In this document: one piece after another, positions 9,111 through 20,830 of the stretch
Numbering within the stretch: the stretch's first letter is position 1
Layout of the letters: every line of letters begins with the position of its first letter
Assembly: GCF_006345805.1 (NCBI RefSeq)
Contig: NW_021836443.1
Span: forward strand, 1 to 24,307
Reading direction: 5' to 3'
DNA length: 24,307 nucleotides
Origin: Octopus sinensis
Lineage: Eukaryota
Notes under the pieces: generated by a model
Databases searched by the model: none
What the model was told of the DNA's origin: nothing
What the model saw: only the letters and a program-made list of their open reading frames with translations
Position numbers and translations under genes: made by a program

Positions 9111-9682
9111 GCAGCAGTGTCTATACACTAACACACACACTCACACGCACATCCGCATATACTCATAAATATTAATACACTCTCATATACTGTATCAGGG
9201 AACATTCGCGCACACATATATACATATTTAAATATATGTCTGCGCACTCATACGTACAAATGAAACCTATACATATATCCACCCATGAATAAATATTTGC
9301 ATATACATATATACATATCCAAATACGCATCTGCGTACTCATATGTATAAGGAGAACATACATCCGTACTTCCACCCACGAACAACCTAAACATACATAC
9401 ACATATATATATATATTCTATATATATATATATATATAATATATATATATATTATATATAACCATATATATATATATATATATATATATGTATAGTGTTG
9501 TGTTGTGTGTGTGTGTGGTGTTCACACATACGCACACAAACACCCATACATACATATATACTGACAATAACGAGAAAGGAATTCAAGGATTATCTATCTG
9601 CAAAAAGTTTTTTTCTTTCGACAATAAAACAATAGAGATGTAAAAGTAAAAAAAATACCATCTTAACTGCTTACACAAGGAC

Positions 9683-9780
9683 AATGATGACGCCGACGAT
9701 GCCATAACGACAACAGGAACGGCGAAGACAATGCGGACTACGATGATGATGATGACGATGACGACGACCACGATGAGGAT
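9683..9780. repeat. Degenerate (GAT/GAC)n trinucleotide repeat
   Basis: Direct reading. Confidence 0.7.
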
Positions 9781-9824
9781 TAGTGGAAAAAAATGAATGA
9801 AAATTCATAGACTGTCCTTTAGGA

Positions 9825-10225
9825 ATACTTCATATCAAGTTTAGATATGGCTGTTTTGATTTAAAACGAGAAAAGAGAAAAAATGGCAGTCTCTTTCTTT
9901 TTCGGAAATCATTCGTGTTTTTCTTTATTTCTTACTTGTTGCTATCACTGAGTTTGTATTCAGTTATATTCCATGACCGCCAGACAATCTCTTGTTCAAT
10001 TCGTCTGTTTAATTTGTTCGTTTTCTTTAGATTTGATTGTTGACTTTTGTTTTTAAAGAAACAAAAAATAAGATTTGATTGAAACAGACGACAAGGTAGA
10101 GAAAAGAGATTAGACGATACGATAGGTGAACTGTAGGCGTGATATCAGTGACATGGTTGGTTAGACGGTTCAAGGAGGCGTCGAAATGGAGAAAAAAGCC
10201 CCACAAAGGTTAGCTAGATAACAAC
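9825..10225 (+). repeat. Old dispersed repeat, copy 1 (copy 2 at ~13307-13693)
   Basis: Shared ttccatgac.gc.agaca.tct, atttgattgaaacagacgaca, tagagaaaaga, tgaactgta, tggttag..ggttcaag. Confidence 0.75.
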
Positions 10226-10228
10226 TGA

Positions 10229-10274
<46 letters not shown>

Positions 10275-10333
10275 ATATGTGTGTGCTGTGTGTGTGTATG
10301 CATGTACGTATACGTATATATATATATATATAT

Positions 10334-10379
<46 letters not shown>

Positions 10380-10641
10380 ACGTATATATATAAGTATGAA
10401 TGTTGTCTTATTTGGCGGGTTTAATAAGTATGTCTTGTGGTGTTAGACCGTTTTGTTCAAGTTTATCAGCGTTATGCTTAGTCACTCGGTGAAAGCAGGC
10501 AACAAATTTGAGAAAATCAGACACCATAAACAATAACACATACTCACATACACACTTTTTCTCTCTCTCTCTCTCCATATATATATATATATATATAGAT
10601 ATATTATTAATATATCCATTTCTAGACATATATGTATTATG

Positions 10642-10760
<119 letters not shown>

Positions 10761-11134
10761 TTTCATGTGTGCAGTTATACTTAGTGAGGTTGATAAGAGC
10801 TGGCGATACAATGGAAGATGACCAGACGGCAGATAAATGCAACTATAACAGAGATATACGGACATTGATGAATGGCGAGGAGATATGCGGTCTATAGTTA
10901 GATTTAAGATGTAGGTCAATGATGGAGATGTAAGTGAACGTATGAGATGATTTGGTTGAAGCAGATGATAACCAGAAGGGAAGACTAGACAACACTAGGC
11001 ATTAACTAAAATATAGATGTAATGATAGATATGGTTATATGGTGGAAACTACAAATTGGATGGGAAAAACCTCGGAAGTTAGAGAGATAAATGATGACAT
11101 TGACTGAGGTTTATACTTTATGAGAGAATGTCAA

Positions 11135-11405
11135 TATGGCTGTGTTGTAAGAAGCTTGCTTCCCAACCACGTGGTTCCAGATTAAGTCCCACTGTGTGGC
11201 ATCTTGGGCAAGTATCTTCTACTATAGCCTTAGGCCGACCAAAGCCTTGTGCATGGATTTGGTTGACAGAATCTGAAAAAAACCCGTCATATATATATGT
11301 ATATATATCTATGTGTGTGTGTGTCTGCGCTTTTTTGTATCCCAACCACATGGTTCTGGATTCAGTCCACCTGCCTGGCACCTTGGGGAAGTGTGTTGTT
11401 CTCTA
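11135..11405 (+). mobile_element. SINE family B 5' half plus a second partial head in tandem
   Basis: tggctgtgttgtaagaagcttgcttcccaaccac...aacccgtc, a microsatellite, then tcccaaccacatggttctggattcagtcc again at ~11340. Confidence 0.8.
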
Positions 11406-11494
11406 CCCTCGCTGCCTAGAAGATCAGGGAGTGTCTCCGGGTTAAGCTGTTAGTTCTCTGCCTTGGGAGGTTACAGCTGGGACTTGTGATTAGA

Positions 11495-11870
11495 ATACCA
11501 CAGGAAAAAAATCATGAGACGGATTCTTCAAGCTAAGTCAACTGGCAGGACATCAATGAGTCGACCAAGAACGAGATGGTTGGATGATAGCCATAGACTC
11601 AGTTGGTAACTGTGGGGAATCCAACCGCAATGTCTAGGACCCTATTGAGGAGGAACCTGAAGACTCTACCCTAACAACCGTTAGGAGACCTATGGGTTGG
11701 CCGAGAACAAGACAGTTGGATTATATCCACAGTCTCAGTTGGTCACGCTTGGGAATCCAACTGGAATGTGTATTGGTGGATGCTTCTGATAAGACTCCAT
11801 GGAGGAGGTGCCTGGAAACTCTGCTCCCACGAAACTCTCAAGAGTTGTGGGCAAAAATGAATGGATGGAA
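11495..11870 (+). mobile_element. RTE-clade (Rex3/Expander-like) LINE 3' ends, two tandem fragments
   Basis: Translations PQEKIMRRILQAKSTGRTSMSRPRTRWLD..RLSW and RRPMGWPRTRQLDYIHSLSWSRLGIQ...WRRCLETLLPR match the RTE C-terminal GRPRTRW motif. Ends in atgaatggatgg. Confidence 0.75.
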
Positions 11871-11887
11871 ATATAGTAATTTTAAAT

Positions 11888-12092
11888 TTTGGCTTAAGGC
11901 CAGTAATTTTGGTGGAGAAGGGATGTTGATTATATTAACCCCAGTGCTCAACTGGTACCTATTTTATCGATCTAGAAAGGATAAAATGCAAAGACGATGT
12001 CGGTGGCATTTAAATTAAAGAACGTAAAGACGAACGAAATGTCATTAAACATTTTGCCCGACGCGGTGAAGATTCTGCTTGCTCACCACCTT
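11888..12092 (-). mobile_element. SINE family C, diverged copy
   Basis: Colinear with 1490-1665 (ccccagtgctcaactggtac..tttatcga...gaaagga...ctcaccacctt). Confidence 0.8.
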
Positions 12093-12114
12093 GAAAAACC
12101 TTTAAAAATATATA

Positions 12115-12494
12115 CTAGCAGTATCGCCCGGCATTGCTCGGGTTTGTTTAGAATTGGAATTTTTGAAAAGTAAAAATTTTGTATTATGTAGCTTGTTATT
12201 CTCTTTAAGTGAACATTTTTCTGGTTGAAATACACCGAAAAATGGTGACACAGCAGTAAAAAAATCGTAAAAAATAGGGATTTTCATAGAAAAAAAAGCA
12301 CCTTTTTTATGTAAATAATTTTTGGTGTTAACATGGTCCGATTTGAATTTTTTCTACTACGGAATGAAGAGCAAGCCTTCTTCTATCATACTCTCAATTT
12401 TGGTCAACTTGCGCCGCAGGGTCTCGGAGGAGTGTTAGTTGCAGGTTACCAAATCTGCCATACACAGACAACTTCAGCTTTATATAGAGAGAGA
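12115..12494 (-). mobile_element. Non-autonomous Helitron
   Basis: Minus strand A|TC-tctctctatataaagc...CCCGAGCAATGCCGGG hairpin-cgatactg-CTAG|T. This gives the 5' TC, subterminal hairpin, 3' CTAG and A/T target. Confidence 0.8.
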
Positions 12495-12571
12495 TTAGCA
12501 GAAAACTTAGCTTGAAGAGCCGGAAAAATGCCTGTAAGCAGAGTGCTAGAAATTTTGTTGGGGAAACAACC

Positions 12572-12653
12572 GTTGATTACATCCACCCCAGTATTTGACT
12601 TGTGCTTATTCGGCAGAATGAAAGGCTAAGTTGATCCCAGTGTGATTTGAATT
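12572..12653 (-). mobile_element. SINE family C, degraded fragment
   Basis: gttgattacatccaccccagt...gaatgaaaggctaagttga...gatttgaa matches 1499-1590. Confidence 0.6.
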
Positions 12654-12919
12654 CTTTCAATTAATATCTATCGTCTGCTCTGTTGTCTCCAACAAATTTA
12701 CACGATGTTCTTCACAGGTTACGCCAACATAATGGAGGGGTACTGTAGAAGAAAAGTTTTGACAATCGGTCATATCCTCACCAGTACTGGACTGGTACTT
12801 TATAGACTCTGGGAGTTAACCATGGCAGTATTTGAGCTCTTTAAATCGAATAAAATGTAAATAATACAATTCTATTGTCTGTTCTATGGATAAAGAATAA
12901 AGCTTTCCGAGTCATATTG

Positions 12920-13142
12920 ACTCCTAGGGCTGTTTTCCCGGATTCTGTGGCACATATAAAATCCATTGGGCCGGACATCAGTTCATCGCTGGATTACTCA
13001 TTTTTACCAGCTTAGTAGACTGGAGCAACGTGAAATGAAGTGTTTTGTTCAAGAACACAACGCATTGCCCAATCCAGGAATCGAAACCATAATCTTACGA
13101 TCATGTGTCCAACACCCTAATCGCTAAGGCACGTACCTCCAC
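12920..13142 (-). mobile_element. tRNA-derived SINE (family A-type head, Meta-like body and tail), diverged
   Basis: Minus strand gtggaggtacgtgccttagcgattagggtg...ggtttcgattcctgga...gcgttgtgttcttgaacaaaacac...gagtaatccagcgatgaactg. Confidence 0.75.
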
Positions 13143-13306
13143 TCTATTCTATGATATCACGCCATTTTACTTCATATTCTTCATACGACGTGCATGAACT
13201 TGTTGAAGGGGTACGGTGGGAAAATAATTTTGAGTGCCTTCGCTTTAGAGGTATGAATAACGAGATTGTGATGGATGATTAATTTTGGTTAATGTTTAGA
13301 GGGAAG

Positions 13307-13693
13307 TATTGTTATATGAAGCACCAATATGGCGTTGTTAAATTAAAACTGTCAGTAAAAAAATTGACTATCTGTCTTTGTCTTTCAGACATAATTCTTG
13401 TATTTTTGTGTTAGTTTCTTGTTATGATCATTGAGTTATATTTTATTTAGTTTTCCATGACTGCTAGACAGTCTGTTGTTCTATTTTCCTGTTTCATGTG
13501 TTCATTTTGTTTATTTCGTTTAGGTTTAGTTGTTTCCATTTCAAAAAATATTTGATTGAAACAGACGACAGACTAGAGAAAAGATCAGGCGACACACATG
13601 AACTGTAAGAGTAGTGACATCAGGGTCATGTTTGGTTAGTTGGTTCAAGCAGGCGATAATATAGAAATAAAACAGTTTGGTTAGATGAACAAC
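13307..13693 (+). repeat. Old dispersed repeat, copy 2
   Basis: See 9825-10225. Confidence 0.75.
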
Positions 13694-13761
13694 TACTGTA
13701 TAATAGATATATATAACAGATGAACAACAACTTTAACAGTTATATAACATTATCATACATA

Positions 13762-14138
13762 TAGGCACGGCTGGTTGTATGGTAAGAAGCTTGCTTCCTG
13801 ACCTGTGGCCTTCAGTTTAATCCCACTGCACGGCATCTTGACCAAGTGTCTTCTCACTGTAGCCAAGGACCGACCAAAGCCTTGTGAGTAGATTTGGTAG
13901 ATGGAAACTTAAAGAAGCCCGTACTTAGCGGTTCGGCAAAAGAAATTGATAAAATAAGAAGCAAGATTTACAAACTAATACTAAGTACTTGGGTAGATTC
14001 ATTCGACTAAAATTCTTCAAGATGGTGCCCCTATCCCCCAACAGTCGTTTGACAACCGATGTTAGTGTGTTTATGTTGCCGTAACTTAGCGGTTCGGCAT
14101 AAGAGAACGATAGCATAAGTACCAGGCTTACAAAGAAT
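13762..14138 (+). mobile_element. SINE family B with an internal deletion, followed by a second partial 3' half
   Basis: The head joins the tail directly at cccgt (aagaagcccgt|acttagcggttcggc), so the microsatellite is lost. acttagcggttcggca recurs at ~14084. Confidence 0.8.
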
Positions 14139-14452
14139 TAGGGATCTGGTTAGTTTCATTTCCTCAGATTACTTAAAATTTTGGTGTATCGATGCAACTT
14201 TGAATTTTGATTACGATCAACCAATTACTTTATCTCATAAGTTAAAGAATCTGATGTTATTTGGAATTAAAGTTGGGAAATTTGGGTAATTTTAGCCAAT
14301 CGACAGACAGCGTGGCATTATCAGCTTGTTACCATGACAACTGCACGCTGTGTTGTGTTTCACCCGTGTCTGTGTCGCACGTTGTTCTGAGTGGATTCTT
14401 CACACCAAGAAATTCTTTTCATTCGCGTATTTTGTTTCAATTTTTCCGTATA

Positions 14453-14958
14453 TCTATATATATAAAACTCTAGTTGTGTGAGTGTCTGTCCCCTTCGATT
14501 TAGATTCCTAACTCCTCCCACATTTTGCGGTGCAGTTTAACCAAATTCGGGTATCTTATAGTCGTGATTCATATCGAGCCCGTCTGACTATTAGCGCGCG
14601 TCAACGATGAGTCTACGATTTTAAAAATAATTTAACATCATTTTTTATTCCATTTTAATGCATAAAATGCATCGTATGTCGATGGCGGCGGAGTTGGCGT
14701 CCACGCTCACAGCTGCACCTGTTTGCTTCTCCCCCTTCCCTCCCTCGTGAAGCTGTGGGGAAGGGAGTGTAAAGAAATCAACGTCGTAATGCGTTGTGAA
14801 GGAAACCAGCGTTCTTTTAGAACAACGACTTCATGGCTTGAAGACACCAAAACAAAAATGGCTAAGAAAGCCCGAATTTATAAGGGAAGTAACTCTCTAA
14901 AAATGCTTATATAGTTATTTCCCTTACAAACCCGAGCAACGCCGGTCGATACTGCTAG
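14453..14958 (+). mobile_element. Non-autonomous Helitron
   Basis: A|TC-tatatatataaaactc...caaacccgagcaacgccggtcgatactg-CTAG(CTAG)T. The 3' end is nearly identical to that of 12115-12494. Confidence 0.8.
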
Positions 14959-15072
14959 CTAGTTTATAGTATTTTATAAGGGAATTCCAATATCTGGAAT
15001 ATGGATACTTGCTATCTTTTATTCTTTCAACTTTACTTTAACTTTAGCTGCTTCATCATTCAGTGAAGAATA

Positions 15073-15577
15073 TTGTTTTAACCACAGGATAGCTCTGATT
15101 GTAATGGATATGTGAGAAAAGGCGTTCCAGCCATGACCATATTGTCTTATTCCTTTCTAGATGTAATGAATTCTTAAGCGAACATTATAAACTAATATAA
15201 ACTTGCATTATATGTTTTTCGTGAAGACGGAAATTTCATTTTTCTTTTTGTCAGGAAGATTTGGCTGCTCTTTCTAGCAACTCGAGCGACCAGGTGAAGG
15301 CTCACTCGTTGCCTCGTCTCGTTCCCTTCGTCACTTGTTTAGTCCCGAGTCGGATCTGATTGAACAGATCAAAGACGTCCCAACTGTGACCATTCCGTCT
15401 TTCTACCCAGACATAATGGACTCTACGTGTATATCACAGGATAGAGGTTTTTCTATTCTTTATATAAAAAAAGTTTGGCTACTTTTTCTAGCAGGTCATG
15501 CAACCACATACAAGCTGCGTCGTTGGACTGTCTTAGTAATAATTTTGTTGTTATTTAGCCTCAAATCAACCCTGGTA
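15073..15577. repeat. Degenerate tandem of a ~215-260-bp unit (2 full copies plus 1 partial)
   Basis: Repeated blocks tgttta..c...ctgattg, gcgttccagccatgaccat/acgtcccaactgtgaccat, and tttggct.ct.tttctagca...tcgttg. The reverse-complement motif agaaatagcagccaaatct occurs at ~23248. Confidence 0.65.
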
Positions 15578-16071
15578 TATCTCTTGTTATTAAAGAAGGG
15601 TTTTGTTAGGGAGTGGACCCGGAAGTTGTTCGCAAACAGCAGAAGTAATTTTCTTCAGCTGAATACACGTCACTGATTGGTTAAAATTACCCAAATACGA
15701 CAACTTTAACACGAAATAACTTCTAAAATACAAAATTTTGCCAAAAACGTTAAGAATAGACCCTGTTCTATGTGACACATTCTACCAGTATCTGAAGTTT
15801 CAAAGTGTTTAGTAAAAAAAAAAAATGATTAAAAGATATGTCGGTAAGATTGAAAAGATCTATTATTTGTTGACCAGTGTTATTCTTATCGTAGTTTACA
15901 AATTCAAGCATGAAAACGTTACTCAGTTTTGGGGTTTAGGAGACAGACCTCCTTTTCACACGCCCACGCCCATGCGCGCACTATTATATTAATGATATAC
16001 ACGAATACATGACAGGTATACATTTACTGAAATTCGCATAAAGTAATCATATGCAAACAAATATATTCATA

Positions 16072-16519
16072 TAAAGTATAATAGCCATCTCAATTTGGCT
16101 AACCACAAAGGGGGGGGGGTACTGTAGTTATTTAGCCCCAGGAGATCATCGTCTCCAGCTGGCTTTAGACACAATTTCTGTGCCCTTATGGTATTTGCAA
16201 AGGGAGGCCATCCTTTTCTTGTAAGGCTAAGTGATACGCACCAGACCGCGTAGAAAAACTCTTATATATTTGCAAACAGGCCTTGTCTTTCATCGTGATC
16301 CGGTGATTACCGCCCGTTGATAAGAGACAATAATCTCGAAACCGCGGTCCGGTGCGTATCACTTAGGCTTACGGGAAAGAGATGGCCTCCCTTTGCAAAT
16401 ACCATAAAGGCACAGAAAGGGTGCCTAAAGCCAGCTGGAGACGATGATCTCCTGGGGCTAAAAGCTACAGTAACACCCCCCTTTGTGGTTAGCCATATTG
16501 AGATGGCTATTATACTTTA
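16072..16519. mobile_element. MITE with ~178-bp TIRs, TA at both ends
   Basis: 16072-16250 is a near-perfect reverse complement of 16342-16519 (e.g. tttagccccaggagatcatcgtctccagctggctttag / ctaaagccagctggagacgatgatctcctggggctaaa). Spacer ~90 bp. Confidence 0.92.
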
Positions 16520-16971
16520 CATTGTCGAGCGATTACTGTTTACATCTCGTTCTGAGATTTAATAATGCTATATTAATATAGCAAATTAAGAAAAAGTAAT
16601 TAAAGCATACTATCAATGAAGACACAAAGGAAACAGTAAGATGATACATGTTGATTCTATTAAGCATTTCTGTTTATTTAGAAAGCTACAGGTCGTTTTA
16701 CAGACGCTAACCTATACATTTCACAGAATACATCCTTAAAGTTGACATCGCTCTGCTAAACGCAGAAACTTCCTGTCTCGCTATTGGCTAAAAATGCACA
16801 GTATTTTCGATTTTTAACCTTTGTAACTCTTTCTTTCATTTTTTTTACTCCACAACATCATACCTTCATAGCAATAAGACTACAAAACTACATTATTATA
16901 GCCGATTTTCAGATTGTTTTTACTTCCTTTTAAACAAAGGCATATTTTGTGAATCAGTTTAACTAGATTCA

Positions 16972-17075
16972 GAGTAAGTCCTGGGGTCGATTGCTTTGAC
17001 TAAAACCTCTTTAAGGCGGTGCTCCAGCGTGGCCGCAGTCAAAATGACTGAAACAAGTAAAAGAATAAAAGAATA
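16972..17075 (+). mobile_element. SINE family B, 3' tail (5'-truncated)
   Basis: taagtcctggggtcgatt...aaggcggtgctccagcgtggccgcagtcaaaatgactgaaacaagtaaaagaataaaagaa. Confidence 0.85.
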
Positions 17076-17096
17076 TATATATATATATTATATATT

Positions 17097-17279
17097 CCGG
17101 CAGGGAGGGGGGTGATCCCTGCTGTACTCTTTCGCCGCAACTTTCTCTCACTCCTTCTTCTGTAGGCCTGCTCGCTTTGCCAGCGGGGTGGCGTCATTCG
17201 AAGGCTAAAACAATGCGAAGCGCATTGTGACCAGTGATGTGTAGCAACATCTGATACCCTGGTCGGTTACGTGATCACA

Positions 17280-17283
<4 letters not shown>
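17097..17283 (+). mobile_element. SINE family A, 3' half
   Basis: Reverse complement of 329-470, with ~36 extra bp. Ends ggtcggttacgtgatcacatg + (TA)n. Confidence 0.85.
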
Positions 17284-17334
<51 letters not shown>

Positions 17335-18127
17335 ATATATATATGTACAGGGTTACACTAAATGTGATATATATATATAGACACATACATACACACTCAC
17401 CCCACTACAAAAAAAAATGGTAAAGTGATTTTTGACACCCCTCTAGGGACTTCTGCTAGGTTGGAACAAACGACACGATGTACAAAGAAGCAGAGAGGTT
17501 AAATAGACAAAATATAACATGGGCCATTTGGGAGTTAGTAGAAGCAGAAGGCACAATGGATGAGAAGCAGACGAGACTATTGATAAACTATAACAGACAT
17601 ACGAGGGACACAAAAAAATGGAGAGGAAGCAGACGTTAAACAGAACATAACAAAGATATGATATAACAAAAGTATTAGGATCAATGGTTAGTGAGAGCTG
17701 GAGCGTTAGTAATTGTAGAATGATGGTGGAAAGTATAGATTTATGATTTTAGTTGGTTTATTAAATATTTTGACGATGCAGACGACAAAATTGGATGACA
17801 CGAACCGATAGATAAAATGTAATGCAGACAGAAGGAGGTGATCGGTTAGAGACGTGGTTTTATATAAAGAAGAACAATGGCGAAACAATAGATTTGTGTT
17901 GAGATATGTGTGTAGAAAAATGAACAAAGATGTTCGTAGAAGAAAAAAAATAACCCATATCGATATAAAAACATACATAATTACACATTTATAATATATC
18001 AGTATCGATAACAACATCGATTGACTTATATACGCATCCATATTCAAGCAGAAACACACAAATGTATATGTATATATATATATTTGTGGGTGTATAGGTA
18101 TGTGTTAGCCTGCCTATGTAGGTGTTG

Positions 18128-18129
<2 letters not shown>

Positions 18130-18221
<92 letters not shown>

Positions 18222-18250
18222 CATATATATATGTATATACATATATATAT

Positions 18251-18294
<44 letters not shown>

Positions 18295-18352
18295 CATATA
18301 TATGTGTGTGTGTGTGTGTTGTTTGTGTGTGTGAGTGTGTGTGTGTGTGAGT
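18130..18352. repeat. Compound (TA)n/(TG)n microsatellite
   Basis: Direct reading. Confidence 0.95.
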
Positions 18353-18819
18353 GCATTTATCAGTTAATGCGCGCGCACATGTGTATATATGTATATATTT
18401 ATATATTTAGAGATATAAAAATGTATATCAATGTCACATCTAAATATTTATGTGTGCAGTTGTATGCATATACACACACGAACACATAAATATGTATGTG
18501 CATTTATTGACATATGTATGTGCATTTGTGGATACGAGCATGCGTGTGTCTGTGTGTCGAAACAAACCTATCTTCGTGTACATATACGAGTATGAATAAA
18601 TATGCATAAATATATATGTACAAGCAAACTTTCTCTGCTTCCCCCTCTCTCCTTCTTTATTAGACTTCTCTCTACCTCTTTCTCACAACAATCTCTCTCC
18701 TGTAACTCTTAATATATCTTTCTTTCTCACACACTCTCTGCTTCTCCCTCTCTCCTTGTTTCACATGACTTCTCTCTACCTCTCTCTTGCACAATCTCTC
18801 TCCCCTCTCTCTCTCTCTC

Positions 18820-18850
<31 letters not shown>

Positions 18851-18985
18851 ATTTCTTTCTCACACACTCTCAGCTTTTCCCCCTCTCCTTGCTTTATACT
18901 ACTTCTGTCCGTCTCTTGTATACACACACACACACACACACACACATGTATATAAACTTACATATACACACATATATATACATGT

Positions 18986-18986
18986 A

Positions 18987-19064
<78 letters not shown>

Positions 19065-19074
19065 CATCTATCTA

Positions 19075-19105
<31 letters not shown>

Positions 19106-19142
19106 CTCTCTATCTATCTATCTATCCATCTATCTATCTATC
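18986..19142. repeat. (TCTA)n array, left flank of the Tx1 element
   Basis: Direct reading. Confidence 0.95.
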
Positions 19143-19850
19143 GAATGGCACCGCGAGTGTCGCGTGCTCTCAAGCAACTCTGCCGTCCCTGGTCGACCTT
19201 AAGTGACTTCAACACAACCAAAGCATTCTATAGGGTTTAGTGGAGGGGAGGTACGACGACGAGCTCGGGCAAACTGGACGTCGACGAGGAGTACCTGACC
19301 CGCCTGTTCGGGACGACTTTCGGCCAGGGACCATGGACACTTCCAGAGATCCCTGGCCTGGCGTGCTACCGAGAAGCGCTACCCGTTCGGGATAAGCTCT
19401 ACAGACCTAGGCATGGCTCGAGAAACACGGGGCCGACCTGCCCGAGATGCGGTCAGAGCGACGAAACCGTTCTGCACGCACTCGTTCAGTGTCCAAATTT
19501 CCGACCTGTGGGCTTATGTCGAACAACTGCTGTCACGTGTGGGACGAGTCGGTTTATCAGCTGAGTCTATCGTCAATATTTCACGCCTCCTTCCTTCAAA
19601 CGGGAAGGAAGAGCTATTTCATCATCCTTGTGGCTATGGCGAAAGAATGTATCTGGTGGACGCGTCTGAAAGGATTGGAGACAAACACTTTCCTCTCTGG
19701 TCAATCTCTCATCAACTTCTTCAAGTACACTTGAAAGGAAAGTGAGAGTAGAGAGGCAAGTTTTGTCTAGCGAATGTTTAAAAAAAATGGGTGAATGTAG
19801 CAAGAATGGCACGTATGAATGACGAAGCCACCTTGAGCATAGTCCTATGA
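19143..19850 (+). pseudogene. LINE ORF2 C-terminal fragment with zf-RVT CCHC finger
   Basis: FQRSLAW-CYREALPVRDKLYR..HGSRNTGPT-CPRC-GQSDETVL-H-ALVQ-C-P..ISDLWAYVEQLL...FIILVAMAKECIWWTR (C-x2-C-x8-H-x4-C). Several 1-bp frameshifts. Confidence 0.9.
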
Positions 19851-20048
19851 ACCCAGAAATCGAAAAACAAGAGTTGCTTATTTGCAAAAAAAAAAAAAGA
19901 AATATAAAATTGACTTCATTGACCGAGGTTACCGTGGTCTTTTCCGCAGGCTTTTCTTTCCACGGGTAAACCTCACCTGTCCTCCCCTTTAACTTCATAT
20001 TGACATTTCTGTGATAACGATCCCTATTGATCATTTTTTTTCCTCTCC

Positions 20049-20080
<32 letters not shown>

Positions 20081-20251
20081 TTAAACCCCCCCTTATTTTT
20101 GTCCTCTTTCTCTCCTTTTACGATCCCTTTTGATCGAACCTCCCCCTTCCCTGTTTTTTTTTTTTTTTTTTTTTTTTAATACCTTCAAAAGAAAGCTCTA
20201 CCTTGTAATTTGTTCTATCTGTGGCAGCCCTGTGTGGCTAATAAAGAAACA
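19143..20251 (+). mobile_element. 5'-truncated Tx1/L1-clade non-LTR retrotransposon
   Basis: ORF2 C-terminus up to TGA at 19848-19850, then a pyrimidine-rich 3' UTR. AATAAA at 20240-20245 runs directly into (ATCT)n. Confidence 0.88.
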
Positions 20252-20324
20252 TATCTATCTATCTATCTATCTCTCTCTCTATCTATCAGCTTTCCATCTA
20301 TCTATCTATCTATCCATCTGTCTA

Positions 20325-20358
<34 letters not shown>

Positions 20359-20364
20359 AATATC

Positions 20365-20439
<75 letters not shown>

Positions 20440-20504
20440 CTCTATCTATCTATCTTTCCATCTATCTATCTTTCCATCTATCTATCTATCTATCCATCTG
20501 TCTA

Positions 20505-20562
<58 letters not shown>

Positions 20563-20621
20563 AATATCATCTATCTATCTATCTATCTATCTATATATCT
20601 ATCTATCTATCTATCTATCTC

Positions 20622-20704
<83 letters not shown>

Positions 20705-20743
20705 CTCTATCTATCTCTATCTATCTATCTATCTATCTATCTG

Positions 20744-20790
<47 letters not shown>

Positions 20791-20796
20791 CTCTAT

Positions 20797-20830
<34 letters not shown>

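Noticed and set aside
9660-9783. Acidic poly-Asp exon
   Set aside because: Degenerate GAT/GAC microsatellite with no clear splice context.
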